From the NCBI GenBank assembly GCA_951406725.2, contig OX597823.1:79484001-79548000 (forward strand): 64,000 nt of DNA, given 5' to 3'. Position numbers and translations under genes: made by a program. The stretch is from Octopus vulgaris (Eukaryota). Under the pieces are notes generated by a model. The model was not told the DNA's origin, ran no database searches, and saw only the letters and a list, made by a program, of their open reading frames with translations. Position 1 is the stretch's first letter, and each line of letters begins with the position of its first letter. Of this stretch, positions 25,351 to 39,743 are shown one piece after another.

Positions 25351-26645
25351 TCACTTTAATCAGAATAAATAATAAATAGTTAGACTCATTAAACACACGA
25401 TGGAATGAAAAAGCTTTATAATTAATCATATCCTTATAATTAACCATGTCCTATAACATCTTGAAGGTCTAGGGCAACTCCAGATAATTTTGCACACTTT
25501 TCTACAGCTTAACACAAAAGTCATATTGTTTCTCGCTTACTCAAGTTGTAGGATTGATTGAAAAACGCCTACTTAAGACGGCTTATTACGTAAGATCATA
25601 CTATCTCCTAACAGCTATTCCCAAACTCTCAGGTACTAAGCCTTCAGCGTTCCATCAGTTCTACTCAGCTGCCGAAATTGTTCTACAACATCTAAACCAA
25701 CTCAAAGAGCAAAGGAGGTGACTATTATTTTCATCTCTCATTCAATAAAATCCCAAATCCAAGTTGTTCATTCAATTCTGTACAACAACTTCACAAACAA
25801 AAACACCACCGTAAACAGTTGGAAAGCATCGCACACAAACACCAAGTCTGTAAATACCTCTGCAAGACAACTATCATCAATATAAAGGTATCCTGTATTT
25901 TATGACACATCCTGTATTTTATGATATAGCCAATATTTTATGACGCATGTTCTCTTCCCTCCAATATTATCCCCAGATCTTCAATAACCTTTTTCAGAAT
26001 TCTCCTGAGATATCGCTCATCAGACATTATTGCCCTGTAATTAAAATTTCTCCCGACACGTTTTCTGCACGTTTCTCACTTTCCAACAGCATACACTCAA
26101 CACATTTCTATTCAAAGCCTTATCTCTCTTCCACCTGTCTCACCAGCACGTGCATGCAATTGCAAGTGTGAAAATTTTCTGATCACTCCACCTCAACAAG
26201 GTGATCAATTGTGACACAGTTTTTTCCATTAATCCATTAATCATAAACAGTATGCCAAAGAAGTATCTTCTATCATTATTGAATTCTTTTGTCGTTATCT
26301 TTCAATATTCAGATATCAATTTTAATTGTTTTAAATGCATGACACCGTTTTCCAATCACAAGAAAAGCAGCCTCCCTTATACTATCAACTAGATTTAAAT
26401 CGTTCTAAAATTACACTCCCAACATGATGGAAATATTTGATACTTGTAAACAACCGCTACTTCTTTCAGCTTCAGTCCTTTTGTCGTGTCAGTAACCATA
26501 GGTACATTTTCTATGCGTCTTTGTCTTCCCATCATTTTGTCTCCTAGCTCACACACCATAACATTTCGTGGCAAAGATTCTTCCCACAAATTATGAATAA
26601 GACTTGTTTTGTTTGAATGCTCATTTCAATGTATGGTGTGTATGA

Positions 26646-26875
<230 letters not shown>

Positions 26876-28461
26876 ATATATATATATATATATATATATG
26901 TATCTCTCTCTCTTTCTCTTTCTTTGAATCCCTCTCTCTCTTTGTCCGTTTATCTCTCTCTTACTCTCTCTCTCCCTCTCTCTCTCTCTTCTCTTTCTCT
27001 CTCTCCCTCTGACGAAATAGAAAACGATCCTACGTAGTTGTTAAATATGCTAGAAATACTAGCTGAATTACCCCCAAACCACAACTAACTATTCTAAGTC
27101 CAAGGTACGCTGTGTCTGACTGAGCGAAAAGTGAAATGCTCACTGCTGAGCTGGAGTTCCTTCAATCATGAATTCTCTCAATTGGGGCAAACCAGTAGCT
27201 TAAAAAAAGAAACAAGTGTAAAGCAACAGATTTGTGAATCGCGACACTATTACAAGGGATGATTTAAACATAACCGTTCAAGATAACGAAGCTATCATAA
27301 TTTTTGTATAACAGCCAGCGCTTAATAGTGGTTGCACTGTAATATCTGTTTACGGCGTGGTTCATCGAATCAATTGAGACTTAATGGTCACAGCATTTAA
27401 CAAAACTAAATGCTGCAAACAGGTTATGAACTTCTCACGTCTGTGTTCTAATACTACATCGGTTTTGACAGTCCATATTCATGGGTTATTAATCATTTTA
27501 TATATTTGTACATTATTCAGTGAAATCTTAGCATTCCTATGTTAGTTGCTATCTGATCTCACTGATTATGTAATTAAATAATTCCTACTCCGCATATACT
27601 ATTTATTACATTATACGTACATCAAGCTGTGATTCAACAGTTAATTTTGCCATTGTTTTAAGCCGATTAACTGAATCTGAACAAGGATTAACTTGCATAC
27701 AATTAATTCATGTTATATATATATGACATCCATTTTGTCTAGAACGAAAGCGTAAATTTTTAACTGAATTGTTTAACACATTTTTAACATATTTTTAACT
27801 GAATTGTTCCAAGATTAGCTCGCCTATAACCTTCGACAACGGCAATTATATAATTGTATGGAAATTGTAAGATTATTTTAAAATCCTGAAATTCGATAGA
27901 GTATATAATGATAACAGTTCGTATGTCAAAACTTCCTGTTTAAACCTTTTCTATCTCAGAATATAAAGAACGAATAATTCAATGTAGAGGTTTTTTGTGC
28001 ACATACATACAGTTGTATATATGTGTATATATACATAGATTTGTGAACATATGTGCTAACGATTTTGCGTATGTGCTGTGGCACAGAGACTTTGTGAATA
28101 TGTTCACACATGCAGAGGATATGTAGATATGAGAAAGAAAGGACACTAAAAAGGACTGCGTAAGGGATTCCAGGAACATATTCCATTATCTTTCTTTTAA
28201 TAACATATCAACACGGCGTGTTCCTCATAAGGTCGATTGTAAATCATGTTTGAATATTTTGTACTTTATACGATATGTATGCGTGTGTGAATACATGTAT
28301 ATATGCATGCGTGTATATATGTATATATGGGTATTTATATATATGTATGTATACATATATATGTATATATGCATATACGTATGAATATATATATATATAT
28401 ATTCATAAATACGTAATTGCATATTTGCATACATATGTATAAATTAGACATATATACATAC

Positions 28462-28548
<87 letters not shown>

Positions 28549-28970
28549 GCATGAATACTTACATATTCATATAAGATGAATATATACATAAAATTTGAAT
28601 ACATTGGTAGATATTAGGTGCATATATAACAGTGACAACGTCAACAAGTGTTTATATGTGAGTTTGTGTGTATTTGTGTTTGCACATGCAGTTAGAGAAA
28701 GTATTATGCTCAAATATAACATTTGGTAAACGTATATGTAATTAAATGGAAGGTTATACGCGTATACTAAAGTATGTATATACGTATTCTATTGTGTTTC
28801 TGATGAGCGTTTTCATTAGTACTTAAAGTGCATGCGTATGATTGCATCTTCGCTTGGCAACCTTGCAGAGCGGCACTTTGTCATGTGATCAATCCAATCC
28901 AACTTTTGAAGGAAATTAGATAAATAGAAATTTTGACGAAAATTTCATTATGGACTTAGGTAGATAGGGC

Positions 28971-28972
<2 letters not shown>

Positions 28973-29012
<40 letters not shown>

Positions 29013-29106
29013 AAGGGAGATAGAGAGGGAGACAGACATAAGGGAGACAGACAGTAAGGAAGACAGACAGACAGACAAACAAACAAAAACGGACAGACAG
29101 TCAAAC

Positions 29107-29198
<92 letters not shown>
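28973..29198. repeat. (GA)n, (GACA)n and (GATA)n microsatellites
   Basis: Seen directly. Confidence 0.9.
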
Positions 29199-29199
<1 letters not shown>

Positions 29200-30799
29200 T
29201 GCTTTTAGCTAATTTAATCTTCATGATGTTTAACACCTTGAACAGAAGAAAACTGATGATAATTATTTATCTAATGATGACAACATCCTTCATTATTACA
29301 TGCGTTATTTTCTTAATTAAGATAATAATTTAAGCTAGTGACAGATGAGAACAAATCATTGGGTTCTTCTAATCAGAGAAATCTTTCATCTTAATTCAAC
29401 CATTTAGCAGAAACATTTCCTCTTTTACGCCCAACAATATGGCGGACTTGAGTAACCTGATGATTAATTGCTTTCCTGTGCTATGCTGCGACTTTCGAAA
29501 GCGTAAAGTGCAGGAAGCTGTGGCTAAGTGTTACGTCACTGCACATATTTGATCCTTGACGAAGGTCAAAACTGTACAACAATACATAGCTCTGCCTAAG
29601 TCACTATTGATACACACGTATATACACACACAGACACACAGACACACACACATACATACATACATACATACATACATACATACATACATACATACATACA
29701 TACACATACATATATATATATATGAGAGAGAAAGAGTAGTAGGTGGAGGAGGAGATTAGAAGGGTGTTGTCACTTAAATTATTGTGGAAGAATATCCATT
29801 GCTTAAACTTTAAGTATACCATCGCTGATCAATAGAGAAAGCATAACTGAAGTGATGGACATGTTCTTGATTAATTCCATGATACGTTCTGAGATTTTCT
29901 CGATTGAAGAATTTATTCCTTAGAGGGGAAAAAATAATCAATAAAAGTAATCGGGTTAGCTAATGACATTCCAGACTTCTAAAGCTAACGATTATAAGAT
30001 TTTGGATCTTATGTTTTGCTGAGACCATATGTATGAAGTACCTTACTGTTAACTTTAATTAGGTTTCTGTATTAACGATTTCTATGAGTAACACAGGTCT
30101 AGAAATTTGAGGTAGAAAAGTATTATAGTTAATACTATCTGAATCTAGGACTTGGCTATAGTAGTGTCCTTGGTAGAAGAAATGACAATTTTCAGAGTAG
30201 TAATATTTGAACACTTAACGTAAGGAATTGAAAACTAAATTCTAAATAAGAACTGTAGTTATTTGCAAAGAATTTTGTCCGGGAATTTTTTTACAAAAAG
30301 TTCCATATTTTCTTGATAAACATGATTTCTCATTCACATTGTAGCTAGAAATCTAGGGGTCGACTATTTGACTATCGATAACGTGTTGTTGTTGTTCTTA
30401 GTTTTTGTTGTTGCTAATTTCTTATTTCAGTATGACTCACTGAACACACATGGTCATATACATACAGCCCCAAATTAAAAGATACTTTTGTAAGTCGTTA
30501 CTAGAGGTGAGAATAAATTTTCCAATCTGTTTCTCATTTCTTGAAACAACTAGGTGTAATTTGATAGAGATTTAATCGTTATATTTAGTGAATTAAGTGT
30601 CTTGTACAGGTCCCGTTGCTCAGTCGGGAAACACTAATCTAAAACATACCTGACTCGTTACATTTGACCTTCTACTTTGTGTTCTGTTCGTGTTCGGGGC
30701 ATTTATTTTCTATGACCTGCATGAAGTGAGCAAATAAATTCGAATATATATTTCTTTGTCACTGTTTATTTTATCATCACTATATTATACTTACTTACT

Positions 30800-31196
30800 T
30801 ACTTACTTGTTTCAGTCATTTGACTGCGGCCATGCTGGAGCACCACCTTTAATCGAGCAACTCGACCCCGCGACTTATTCTTTTATGAGCCCAGTACTTA
30901 TTATATCGGTCTCTTTTGCTGAACCGCTAGGTAACGGGGACATAAACACACCAGCATCGGTTGTCAAGCAATGCTAGGGGGACAAACACAGGCACACAAA
31001 CACACACACGCATATGTATATATACATATATACGACGGGCTTCTTTTCAGTTTCCGTCTACCAAATCCACTCACAAGGCTTTGGTCGGCCCGAGGCTATA
31101 GTAGAAGACACTTGCCCAAGGTGCCACGCAGTGGGACTCAACCCGGAACCATGTGGCTGGTAAACAAGCTACTTACCACACAGCCACTCCTGCGCC
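30800..31196 (-). mobile_element. SINE family A, full length
   Basis: High similarity to 19591-20031. Confidence 0.88.
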
Positions 31197-31714
31197 ATTA
31201 TATATTCTTTTCATTATTATATTATGGTCTTCTTCATTCCTACATATTATTAATTTATATGTATGTTCCTAGGCATAAGTCACGTTTGACTTTAGTTTTA
31301 AATTTTTTTTAATTTTTAATCAATTAAATTATGACTTGCACGGTAAGGTTCGGCGAATGTTATTTGCAGACCCGCATGTTTGTTCGTTAGCTACATTCGT
31401 ACTGATAAAATATAGGAATAGTTATAGAATTATAAATAAGTTATGGAGAGTCCTGATGATTGGAGTTGCAGTTAAGATATGTTTCTGAAATAGACTGAGG
31501 GTATCGGGAACGTTAAACGCACTTCATGAAACATGTGTAGAAGAGAAATTTGGAACTGATATAGTATTAAAATAAAATTCTATGATATGGTGTGATGTAT
31601 ATTAGGATTTGATGAATTGGATGGGGACTTCTATCTCTAAATGACATATATTTCCTTATCGAGAATAATTCAATTTATTTCAATCCAAGTGACGCCGGAA
31701 TTTTTATTCCCTAA

Positions 31715-31761
<47 letters not shown>

Positions 31762-31763
<2 letters not shown>

Positions 31764-31987
31764 CTTTTCTACCCACAAGGGGCTAAACACAAAGGGGACA
31801 AACACGGACAGACAAACGGATTAAGTCGATTACATCGCCCCCCAGTGCGTAACTGGTACTTAATTTATCGACCCCGAAAGGATGAAAGGCGAAGTCGACC
31901 TCGGCGGAATTTGAACTCAGAACGTAACAGCAGACGAAATACGGCTACGCATTTCGCCCGGCGTGCTAATGTTTCTGCCAGCTCGCG
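31762..31987 (-). mobile_element. SINE family B
   Basis: Reverse complement of 12058-12288. Confidence 0.85.
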
Positions 31988-32017
31988 TTCTTGTCCCATT
32001 TTGTATTATATATATAC

Positions 32018-32100
<83 letters not shown>

Positions 32101-32144
32101 ATACATAAATATATATATATACATATATATATATACATATATAT

Positions 32145-32213
<69 letters not shown>

Positions 32214-32820
32214 GCGGCGTACGTACACTTTAGTCTCTTATGTGTACGTATATATTTATCTAAATCGTGTACGACTCTATTCTTTCTGTCTATCAGCCCT
32301 TTCACATTTATTTCGTTCATTATATTCTTCGTTCTTTCGTTCCCCCTCTCTCACATTTCCTTTCCTCCTCTCTTGCTCACTTCCCCGCCTCTTTTCACTT
32401 CACTGTGGCCTTGTCATTTTTTCTCGCCCCTCCTTAATTCTTCTGTCCCACTGTCTCTACCTCTCTCTCTTCTCTCTCCACGTGACCGGTATTCGGCCTA
32501 GCTTGCCCTTTCTTTCTTAGTTCGTCCGTTGTCTGTACATCTATATTCTTCCCTGTGCCTGTGAAATATTGTATCCCTGCCGTAAGGCTTTATTTCCACA
32601 CACGCCAGCTTAATTTAATTCGTCCTTAGTCGAAAGACACCTGTTGTTATGTCCTGTTATTTGTATTTGTGTAAAATTCTCCGGTTTTTTCCGTCCTTGT
32701 TTTCGTATACATTCGCTGTTTCTTTCAAGGAATCTAATGCTCCTAGCCTAGTTTTTTCCCTTGGGGCTGGCCAGATTGGAGCAACCTCGAGTATAACCAG
32801 CCGAAATTGCAAAGATAATC

Positions 32821-32869
32821 TGGAACTCAACTGAGGAAAGAAAACTCCGAATGACCCGTCCTTGTTCCA
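32821..32869 (+). ncRNA. Degenerate hammerhead-like motif at the end of a pyrimidine-rich element before a microsatellite
   Basis: tggaac-tcaa CTGAGGA aag-aaaa-ctcc GAAT gacccg TC ctt-gttcca; distal stem I tggaac/gttcca pairs, core imperfect. Confidence 0.4.
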
Positions 32870-32949
32870 TTTTGTATTTATATATATATGTGTGTGTGTG
32901 CGTGTGTGTGTTTGTGTGCGCGCGTGTGTGTGTATGTATATTATATATA

Positions 32950-32991
<42 letters not shown>

Positions 32992-33077
32992 GGTATGTAA
33001 GTATGTATGTGTATATATATATGTATATGTATATGTATAGATGTATATACATATATATATGTTGGTTACATATATAT

Positions 33078-33445
33078 AGGTGCAGAAGTGACGGTGTGGT
33101 AAGTAGCTTGTTTACCAACCACATGGTTCCAGGTTCAGTCCCACTGCATGGCATCTTAGGCAAGCGTCTTCTACTATAGCCTCGGGACGACCAAAGCCTT
33201 GTTAGTAGATTTGGTAGACAGAAACTGAAAGAAATGTGTGTTTTTGCGTGTGTTTGCCCCCTCAGCATCGCTTGACAACCGATGCTGGTGTGTTTACATC
33301 CCCGTAACTTAGCGGTTCGGCAAAAGAGACCGATAGAATAAGTACTAGGCCTACAAAGAATAAGCTCTGTGGTCGATTTACTTGACTAAAGACGGTGCTC
33401 TAGCATGACCGTAGTCAAATTACTGAAACAAGTAAAAGAATAAAA

Positions 33446-33447
<2 letters not shown>
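33078..33447 (+). mobile_element. SINE family A
   Basis: Head gtgacggtgtggtaagtagc..ggttcagtccc through tail actgaaacaagtaaaagaataaaag. Confidence 0.85.
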
Positions 33448-33503
<56 letters not shown>

Positions 33504-33540
33504 ATAATAAATATTAGGGAATGAATCCAAAATTACAGGG

Positions 33541-34805
33541 AGCTGCTCAACCACTCAAATGTGGATGAGATCTACCTCAACTTTGCAAAGGCTTTCGACA
33601 AAGTTGATCATGAAATGATATGTCTCAAACTGTGTGATCTCGGCATAGTCGGAAAATTGGGAGAATGGTTGTATGACTTTCTGGAAGTTAGAAGTCAAGC
33701 AGTAGCAGCCAATGTGGCCACCTCCAATGACACGCAAAGAGTGAGCGGTTCTCCGCAAGGCACTGTTTTGTGACAACTACTGTTTATAATGGCCCTCTCA
33801 GATATACCCTCAGCCACACAGAGAGTCCCGATCACAAGTTATGCAGATGATACAAAAGTCTTCACAGGTGATGCAAAACCCTGAAGACGCTATGTACCAG
33901 CAACATGAGTTAGGTGAAACATGCAAATGGGCTAAGAAGACTAACATGCAGTTTAATGCTGAAATCTTCAAGCCCTATGCTATCAGCATGCAAAACTAAA
34001 TGCAATACCAATTAAATACTCTGGACCTGGAGGAATTGCAATCTCGGAGACACAGTCAGTGCGAGACCTAGGTATTTACATGAGTAATGATGAATCCTTC
34101 CATGTGCATGTTGCTAAGTTGGCAATGAAATGTAGGAGGTTGACCCGATGGATTCTTAGAAGTGTTATTACGAGAGATCAGGACACCATGATGGTCCTCT
34201 GGAGGACGTTTGTCCTAAGCCGCTTTGACTATTGCTCCCAGCTATGGTCACCTACCGGTGTAAAATTTAATTGCAGAACTTGAGGCAATCCACGCCTCGA
34301 AGCTTCACGAAGAAGATTGCCTCTATTCAGCATATAAGCTACTGGGAAAGACTCAAGAGATTAAGACTCTATCAACTGGAGTGTAGGCAGGAAAGATATG
34401 CTGTACTATATATCTGGAAGGTGGGATTTGTTCCAAACTTTGGCATTGAGAGTTACACTAACGCTAGAACAGAGCGCTACTGCATAGTGCCAAAGACTCC
34501 AACTTTGCCGTCAAAATATAGGACAAGATACTGCAGTAACCTGGCCTTTAAAGGACCACAGCTCTTCAATATCTTACCGAAGGATCTGAGAGACCTGCAT
34601 GGAGTGGATGTAGGTGTCTTGAAAACGAAACTATATCTCTGTCACGAGTCCCTGCTGAACCAACTTCACGGTAGGGAGTGCAAATGAGGGCAGCGACGTC
34701 AAACTCCCTCATGCGCCAAATGTCAAGTTCCAAAATGAATTAGTGAAGTAAAACTTATGTAGCAATGCGGTGCCCCAGTATGGCCATAGCTCGTGAAGTG
34801 AAACT
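33541..34805 (+). pseudogene. 5'-truncated CR1-group LINE (RT and C-terminal remnant, frameshifted)
   Basis: YLNFAKAFDKVDH, SGSPQGTVL, SYADDTK, DYCSQLWSP, SYWERLKRLRLY motifs with stops and frameshifts; same family as 53604-54797. Confidence 0.85.
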
Positions 34806-34903
34806 GCTTCACTTCAGTTCAATTCATATATATATACTTACATACATATGTGTGTACATGTTTATATATACATACATACACACAGATATATAATGTATAT
34901 ATA

Positions 34904-34972
<69 letters not shown>

Positions 34973-35189
34973 GTATGTATGCATCCATATATACATATAT
35001 ATATGCATATGCGTGTGCATGTTTTATATATGTATTCGTAGCAAAAATATAAGAGCGCATCAAGAATTCTGAAATACCAGTGTCTTCATTATATTCCAAT
35101 TCGTCAGAATTTTTACAACGCATTATTCACAGACCAATAATGATTACAGCAACATAGTCGCCTTAAGGATATTTGTCGCGAGAAAGAGC

Positions 35190-35530
35190 TCGTTGATGAC
35201 GATGAGAAGGAAGAGGAGGAGAGGATGGGGGTGATTATGGCGGTGGTAGTGGTAGTGGTGATATTGGTTGTGGTTATTCTTGTGATATTGTTTGTGGGGA
35301 AGATGAGAAAGGGAAGAACGAGGAGCAAAAGAAAGGGAGCGATCTGGATGAGACCGCTGTAGCTGAGGGATGGATTACGGTGTTGCTGATACCGGTTGTG
35401 GTTCTCATCGTGATGTTGTTTGTGTTGATGATGATGATGATGGTGGTGGTGGTGCTGGTGGTGCTGGTGGTGACGGTAGTTGTGGTGAGGTGGTTCGGTG
35501 GAGATGGGGATGATGATGATGACGAGATGA
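35190..35530. repeat. Low-complexity GGT/GAT/GAG trinucleotide-rich tract
   Basis: Seen directly. Confidence 0.8.
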
Positions 35531-37149
35531 CACAAATAAACAGCAGAATGGCAAAAGTGTTAGTCGTTTTGACATTTTCATTTTATAATCATTCAAAATA
35601 AAACGCATCAAAATAAAATTTATTTAGCCATAACAAACAACTCATTATTTTGTAATCCAACCACTGCTGTTGAAGTTGATGTAAGCTGTGCACGTGCATT
35701 AATCAACAAGCTGTTTTTAACAAACAGAAGACCGAAGAAGGAAATACCAAAAAAAAAAGTGAGAAAATATTCGTAAACGATACATAAATTAAGGAGAAAA
35801 ATTTCTTGAAGATTAAAGAGAATATTTCGAATTCGTCTGCAAGTATGTAAGAAATGGTTCTATTTCCACTTAATTATTGTCTCATGTAGACTTGGGGATT
35901 TAGACAGGAAAGAAGCGAAGGCTGTATAGAATGAGAAACATTGAGGTAAATACTATATAGGTCAATGGATGTTTAGCATTCATTTTATACGAAATACTAT
36001 CCTACATAATTTTTTCTAAATCTTCATATAATTATATCTGTTTAGCCAAGAGAGTTGTTTTGGCGGAAGATTTATGTGTTGCGGTGTTTAGGAAACAAAT
36101 TCTCTCAATAAGTATTTCTGACTTGGATAAGAGCATTTAAAATGTGATCAACTATCATTAAATTCTAGCCCCTATTATGCAGAAGGAAAAACTTATGCAT
36201 TAATTGGGGGAAAAAATTTATATCCATAATTATACATGCAAAAAGAATATTTTTGAGACAATTTCTACTCTATATATATGGTTCAAACTATATATATAGT
36301 TCAATTTCTACTCTATATAGCTCAAAAGATTAGTTAAATAGCGGGTGGCTCATCGGTGTAGGATAAATCTAAGATATTTGTACATAAAACAGTAACAGGC
36401 TCTATTACGCTTAGTCCTTTATGAAAGGTGGCTGAAGACAGGTGTTCATAGAATGAGCGGCATTCTGTCCATCTCTGTAAATGAAGTGCTTTTAATATAT
36501 ACATATAATATACGTACATTCGTTCCAGATGTTTACATCTGTCGTGTATTTTCATGCACAACTATATCGTTATTCTGAATGTCTAATGATTTTGTGAGTT
36601 CTCTCGTGAGCGTATTTCCATAAAACGGTCACCGCAATAACCCATCCAGGTACTTCCTTAACGGATAATACTTGCCTAGTTAACTATATTAACTTTTCGA
36701 AGACCAATTCACTGGTGTGTCGATGCCAAAATCTCATATCGGATCGATAGTAAACCGTTTTAAGAGAAGGCACTACTGCCATGGGCAATTATTGATTACC
36801 CCAGACAGGATGCATTCTAGAAGTTTGTTCAACTGTATATGGCAGAAACGAAAAGTCAGTGACAGTATATTCGAAATATCACGAGACACCATGGAGTCCG
36901 CGCCCATGACATACAAATTCTAGAGCTAATCACAAACACTAACTCAGAGAAAGTTGTGTTGTTTCTCCAAGTTGAAAACTATCTGATCACTGAGAATAAA
37001 CCACTTCTCTCTCGTTTTCACGAATTCAGAAATTTGACCCAAAATTAAAAACGTGTCTCGACTTAATTAGATTAATTTACTTATTGCGGTAAAGTCCTTG
37101 AAATATATTATGACGCCTCTGCAATATAGAAACTAGCACTCTAGCTGGC

Positions 37150-37455
37150 TTACGATGACGAGGGTTCCAGTTAATCCGATCAACGGAACAGCTTGCTTGT
37201 GAGACTAACGTGCAAGTGGCTGAGCACTCCACAGACACGCGTACCCCTTCACATACTTTTCAGGGACATTTAGCGTGACATAGAGTGTGACAAGATTGGC
37301 CCTTTGAAATACATGTAGTACTCAATTTTTACAGTTGAATGGACTGGAGCAACGTAAAATAAAGTGTCTTGCTCAAAGATACAACGCACTGCCGAGAATC
37401 GAACTCGCGACCCTTCGATTGCGAGCCGAATACCCTAACCACTAAGCCACGCTCC
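37150..37455 (-). mobile_element. Chimeric SINE: family D-like head and CORE joined to family C tail type 1
   Basis: 37330-37455 resembles the reverse complement of 4592-4715; 37150-37315 matches 16665-16830. Confidence 0.7.
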
Positions 37456-37494
37456 TTCATATTATGCCTCTGCAATATATTACCACTGAAAAAC

Positions 37495-37680
37495 AGCGAG
37501 ATGGCAGAATCATAAGCACACTGGGAAAAATGTTTAGCGGCATTTTGTGCATCATTTCGTGTGTGACTTTCAACCTTTCGGTTTTGATAGGATAGGTAAC
37601 CGTTGAGTACATGGGACGAATTTAATCGACTTACCCACTCACTCGAAATTGCTGGCCTTGCACCAAAATTTGAACCCAAC
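37495..37680 (+). mobile_element. SINE family B variant, degenerate
   Basis: gcgagatggcagaatcataagcacactggg head; tail like 5380-5410 and 61160-61190. Confidence 0.5.
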
Positions 37681-37964
37681 ATGTCACCACTAAACCTTAA
37701 TTCCAGCATCACCACTTCTCCTCTTTCTTTACACTTGGTACTACCCATTTCCTTTTCCTTCTCCTTCTTGATCCGTTCTACTTCTCAATTCCCCTCTTCT
37801 CATTCGCATTTTCATCCTACCCCAATCCCAGTTATTGAGGTTAACCAGTGTTATGCAACGCGCACAAAAAACACATTTTCTTGCTTCTTCAAAATGATAT
37901 AAGTTGACCAACATCCAAAATTTTAAGCTCATTCAGAGAGATACAATTTTAAATATTCACATAT

Positions 37965-39008
37965 CATGTGATCACGTGACCGACAAGCTATCGGATGTTG
38001 CTACAGATCGCTGGTCACACTGCGCTTCGCATTGTTTTAGCCTTCAAATGACGCCACCCGGCTGGGTAAGCAAGCAGACAAACAGAAGAAAGAGTGAGAG
38101 AAAATTGTGGCGAAAGAGTACAGCCGGGATTGCCACCACCCCCTGCCGGAAGCTCGTGGAGCTTTTAGGTGTTTTCGCTCAATAAACACTCACAACGCCC
38201 GGTCTGGGAATCGAAACCGCGATCCTACGACCGCGAGTCCGCTGCCCTAACCACTGAGCCATTGCGCCTCTACACAAATATAAACATGTTTATTCACACA
38301 CAGATTAAAAGCCCACATATTTTGATAATATGTACAGTTACATAACCCCATGAACATGAATCTCTTGCGTATTGCAGCAAAATCTTATTTAAATTTATGT
38401 TCTTTGAATTTTTTTTACACCGCTAGTAATCTTTATCATTCTAATTTATTTTTTTAAGTATATATTTGTATGAGTATTTTTTTTATTTATGCGCCCTTTT
38501 CAAACCTAGTTAGGCTCATGGGCCTGACTAGGTTTCCCGGTTTCTGTGGCGTATGTGTCCCCCCCACCCAGCTGGACGGGACGCCAGTCCATCGCAGCGT
38601 TACTCAAGAAGCAGGAAGAAAGATCGAGAGAAAGTTGGGGCGAAAGAGTACAACAGCGGTCGCCACCACCCTCTGCCGGAGCCTGGTGGAGCTTTTAGGT
38701 GTTTTCGCTCAATAAACACAGACAACGCCCGGTCTGGGAATCGAAACCGCGATCCTACGACCGCGAGTCCGCTGCCCTAACCACTGAGCCATTGCGCCTC
38801 TACACAAATATAAACATGTTTATTCACATGTGGCGAAAATTGTGGCGAAAGAGTACAGCCGGGATTGCCACCACCCTCTGCCGGAGCCTCGTGGAGCTTT
38901 TAGGTGTTTTCGCTCAATAAACACAGACAACGCCCGGTCTGGGAATCGAAACCGCGATCCACCGACCACGAGTTCGCTGCCCTAACCACTGGGCCATTTT
39001 GCCTCCAA
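37965..39008 (-). mobile_element. Cluster of three SINE family C heads (37965-38272 tail 2; 38490-38802 V-domain-like tail 3; 38830-39008 head only)
   Basis: Three copies of gagcttttaggtgttttcgctcaataaacac..cgcccggtctgggaatcgaaaccgcgatcc with different 3' modules. Confidence 0.85.
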
Positions 39009-39512
39009 TGAGTATATTAGGGTGGACACAAATCATGTGTAGTCTGTAAGCAGCAGGTGATATGTGATACCATTGAGATGGAAGGTAGAGGGTCAATTCA
39101 TCCGCAGGTCTTACAACATGCTTGGTATCAGAGGGATTATCAGGCAGAAAGCCATCAGGTTTTGCTGAGGAAGCTGTGGGGATTGCCACAAGGTAGCTGG
39201 GAATCAGGCAGTGCGCGCTCTGGAAGAGTCAGTGCTATTCCAGGTATGATACTAACTTCACGCAAGCTGAGGGCTTGGTCAACCCTGACTGGAACACCTA
39301 GGTGAAAGTGACTGATACTAATATACTTGAAACAGCTAATGCTCCCCAGTAGATATCGCTGATGATGTGACCAGGCGAAGGATGGGAAAAAACTTTCACA
39401 AAATTTCACTGGAAAATTTATTGTCGGATTTGAACACTCAACCGAACAATTAGCAATTTATACTTTATCATTTAATTTCAAATAGTTTTACTCTATTAAT
39501 ACTCACTTGAAT

Positions 39513-39743
39513 CGGCGGCGAGCTGGCAGACACGTGAGCACGTCGGGCGAAATGCGTAGCCGTATTTCGTCTGCCATTACGTTTTGAGTTCAAATTCCGC
39601 CGAGGTCGACTTTGCCTGTCATCCTTTCGGGGTCGATAAATTAAGTACTAGTTACGCACTGGGTCGATGTAATCGACTTAATCCGTTTGTCTGTCCTTGT
39701 TTGTCCTCTTTGTGTTTAGCCCCTTGTGGGTAGTAAAGAAATA
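39513..39743 (+). mobile_element. SINE family B, full length
   Basis: Matches 12058-12288; TSD-like tact(c/a)acttgaat. Confidence 0.85.

Noticed and set aside
25520-26600. Unique-looking CA-rich stretch with short ORFs, considered as host exon or old retroelement (similar case at 61960-62460)
   Set aside because: No recognisable protein motif or clear exon structure; left unannotated.
35113-35611. His/Thr/Pro-rich ORFs resembling low-complexity protein regions
   Set aside because: Derived from trinucleotide simple repeats; no domain or splice evidence.
39010-39420. GC-richer segment with overlapping ORFs, vaguely RT-like on minus (GVP.., ISPAAY..)
   Set aside because: Motifs too degenerate to assign; needs BLASTX.
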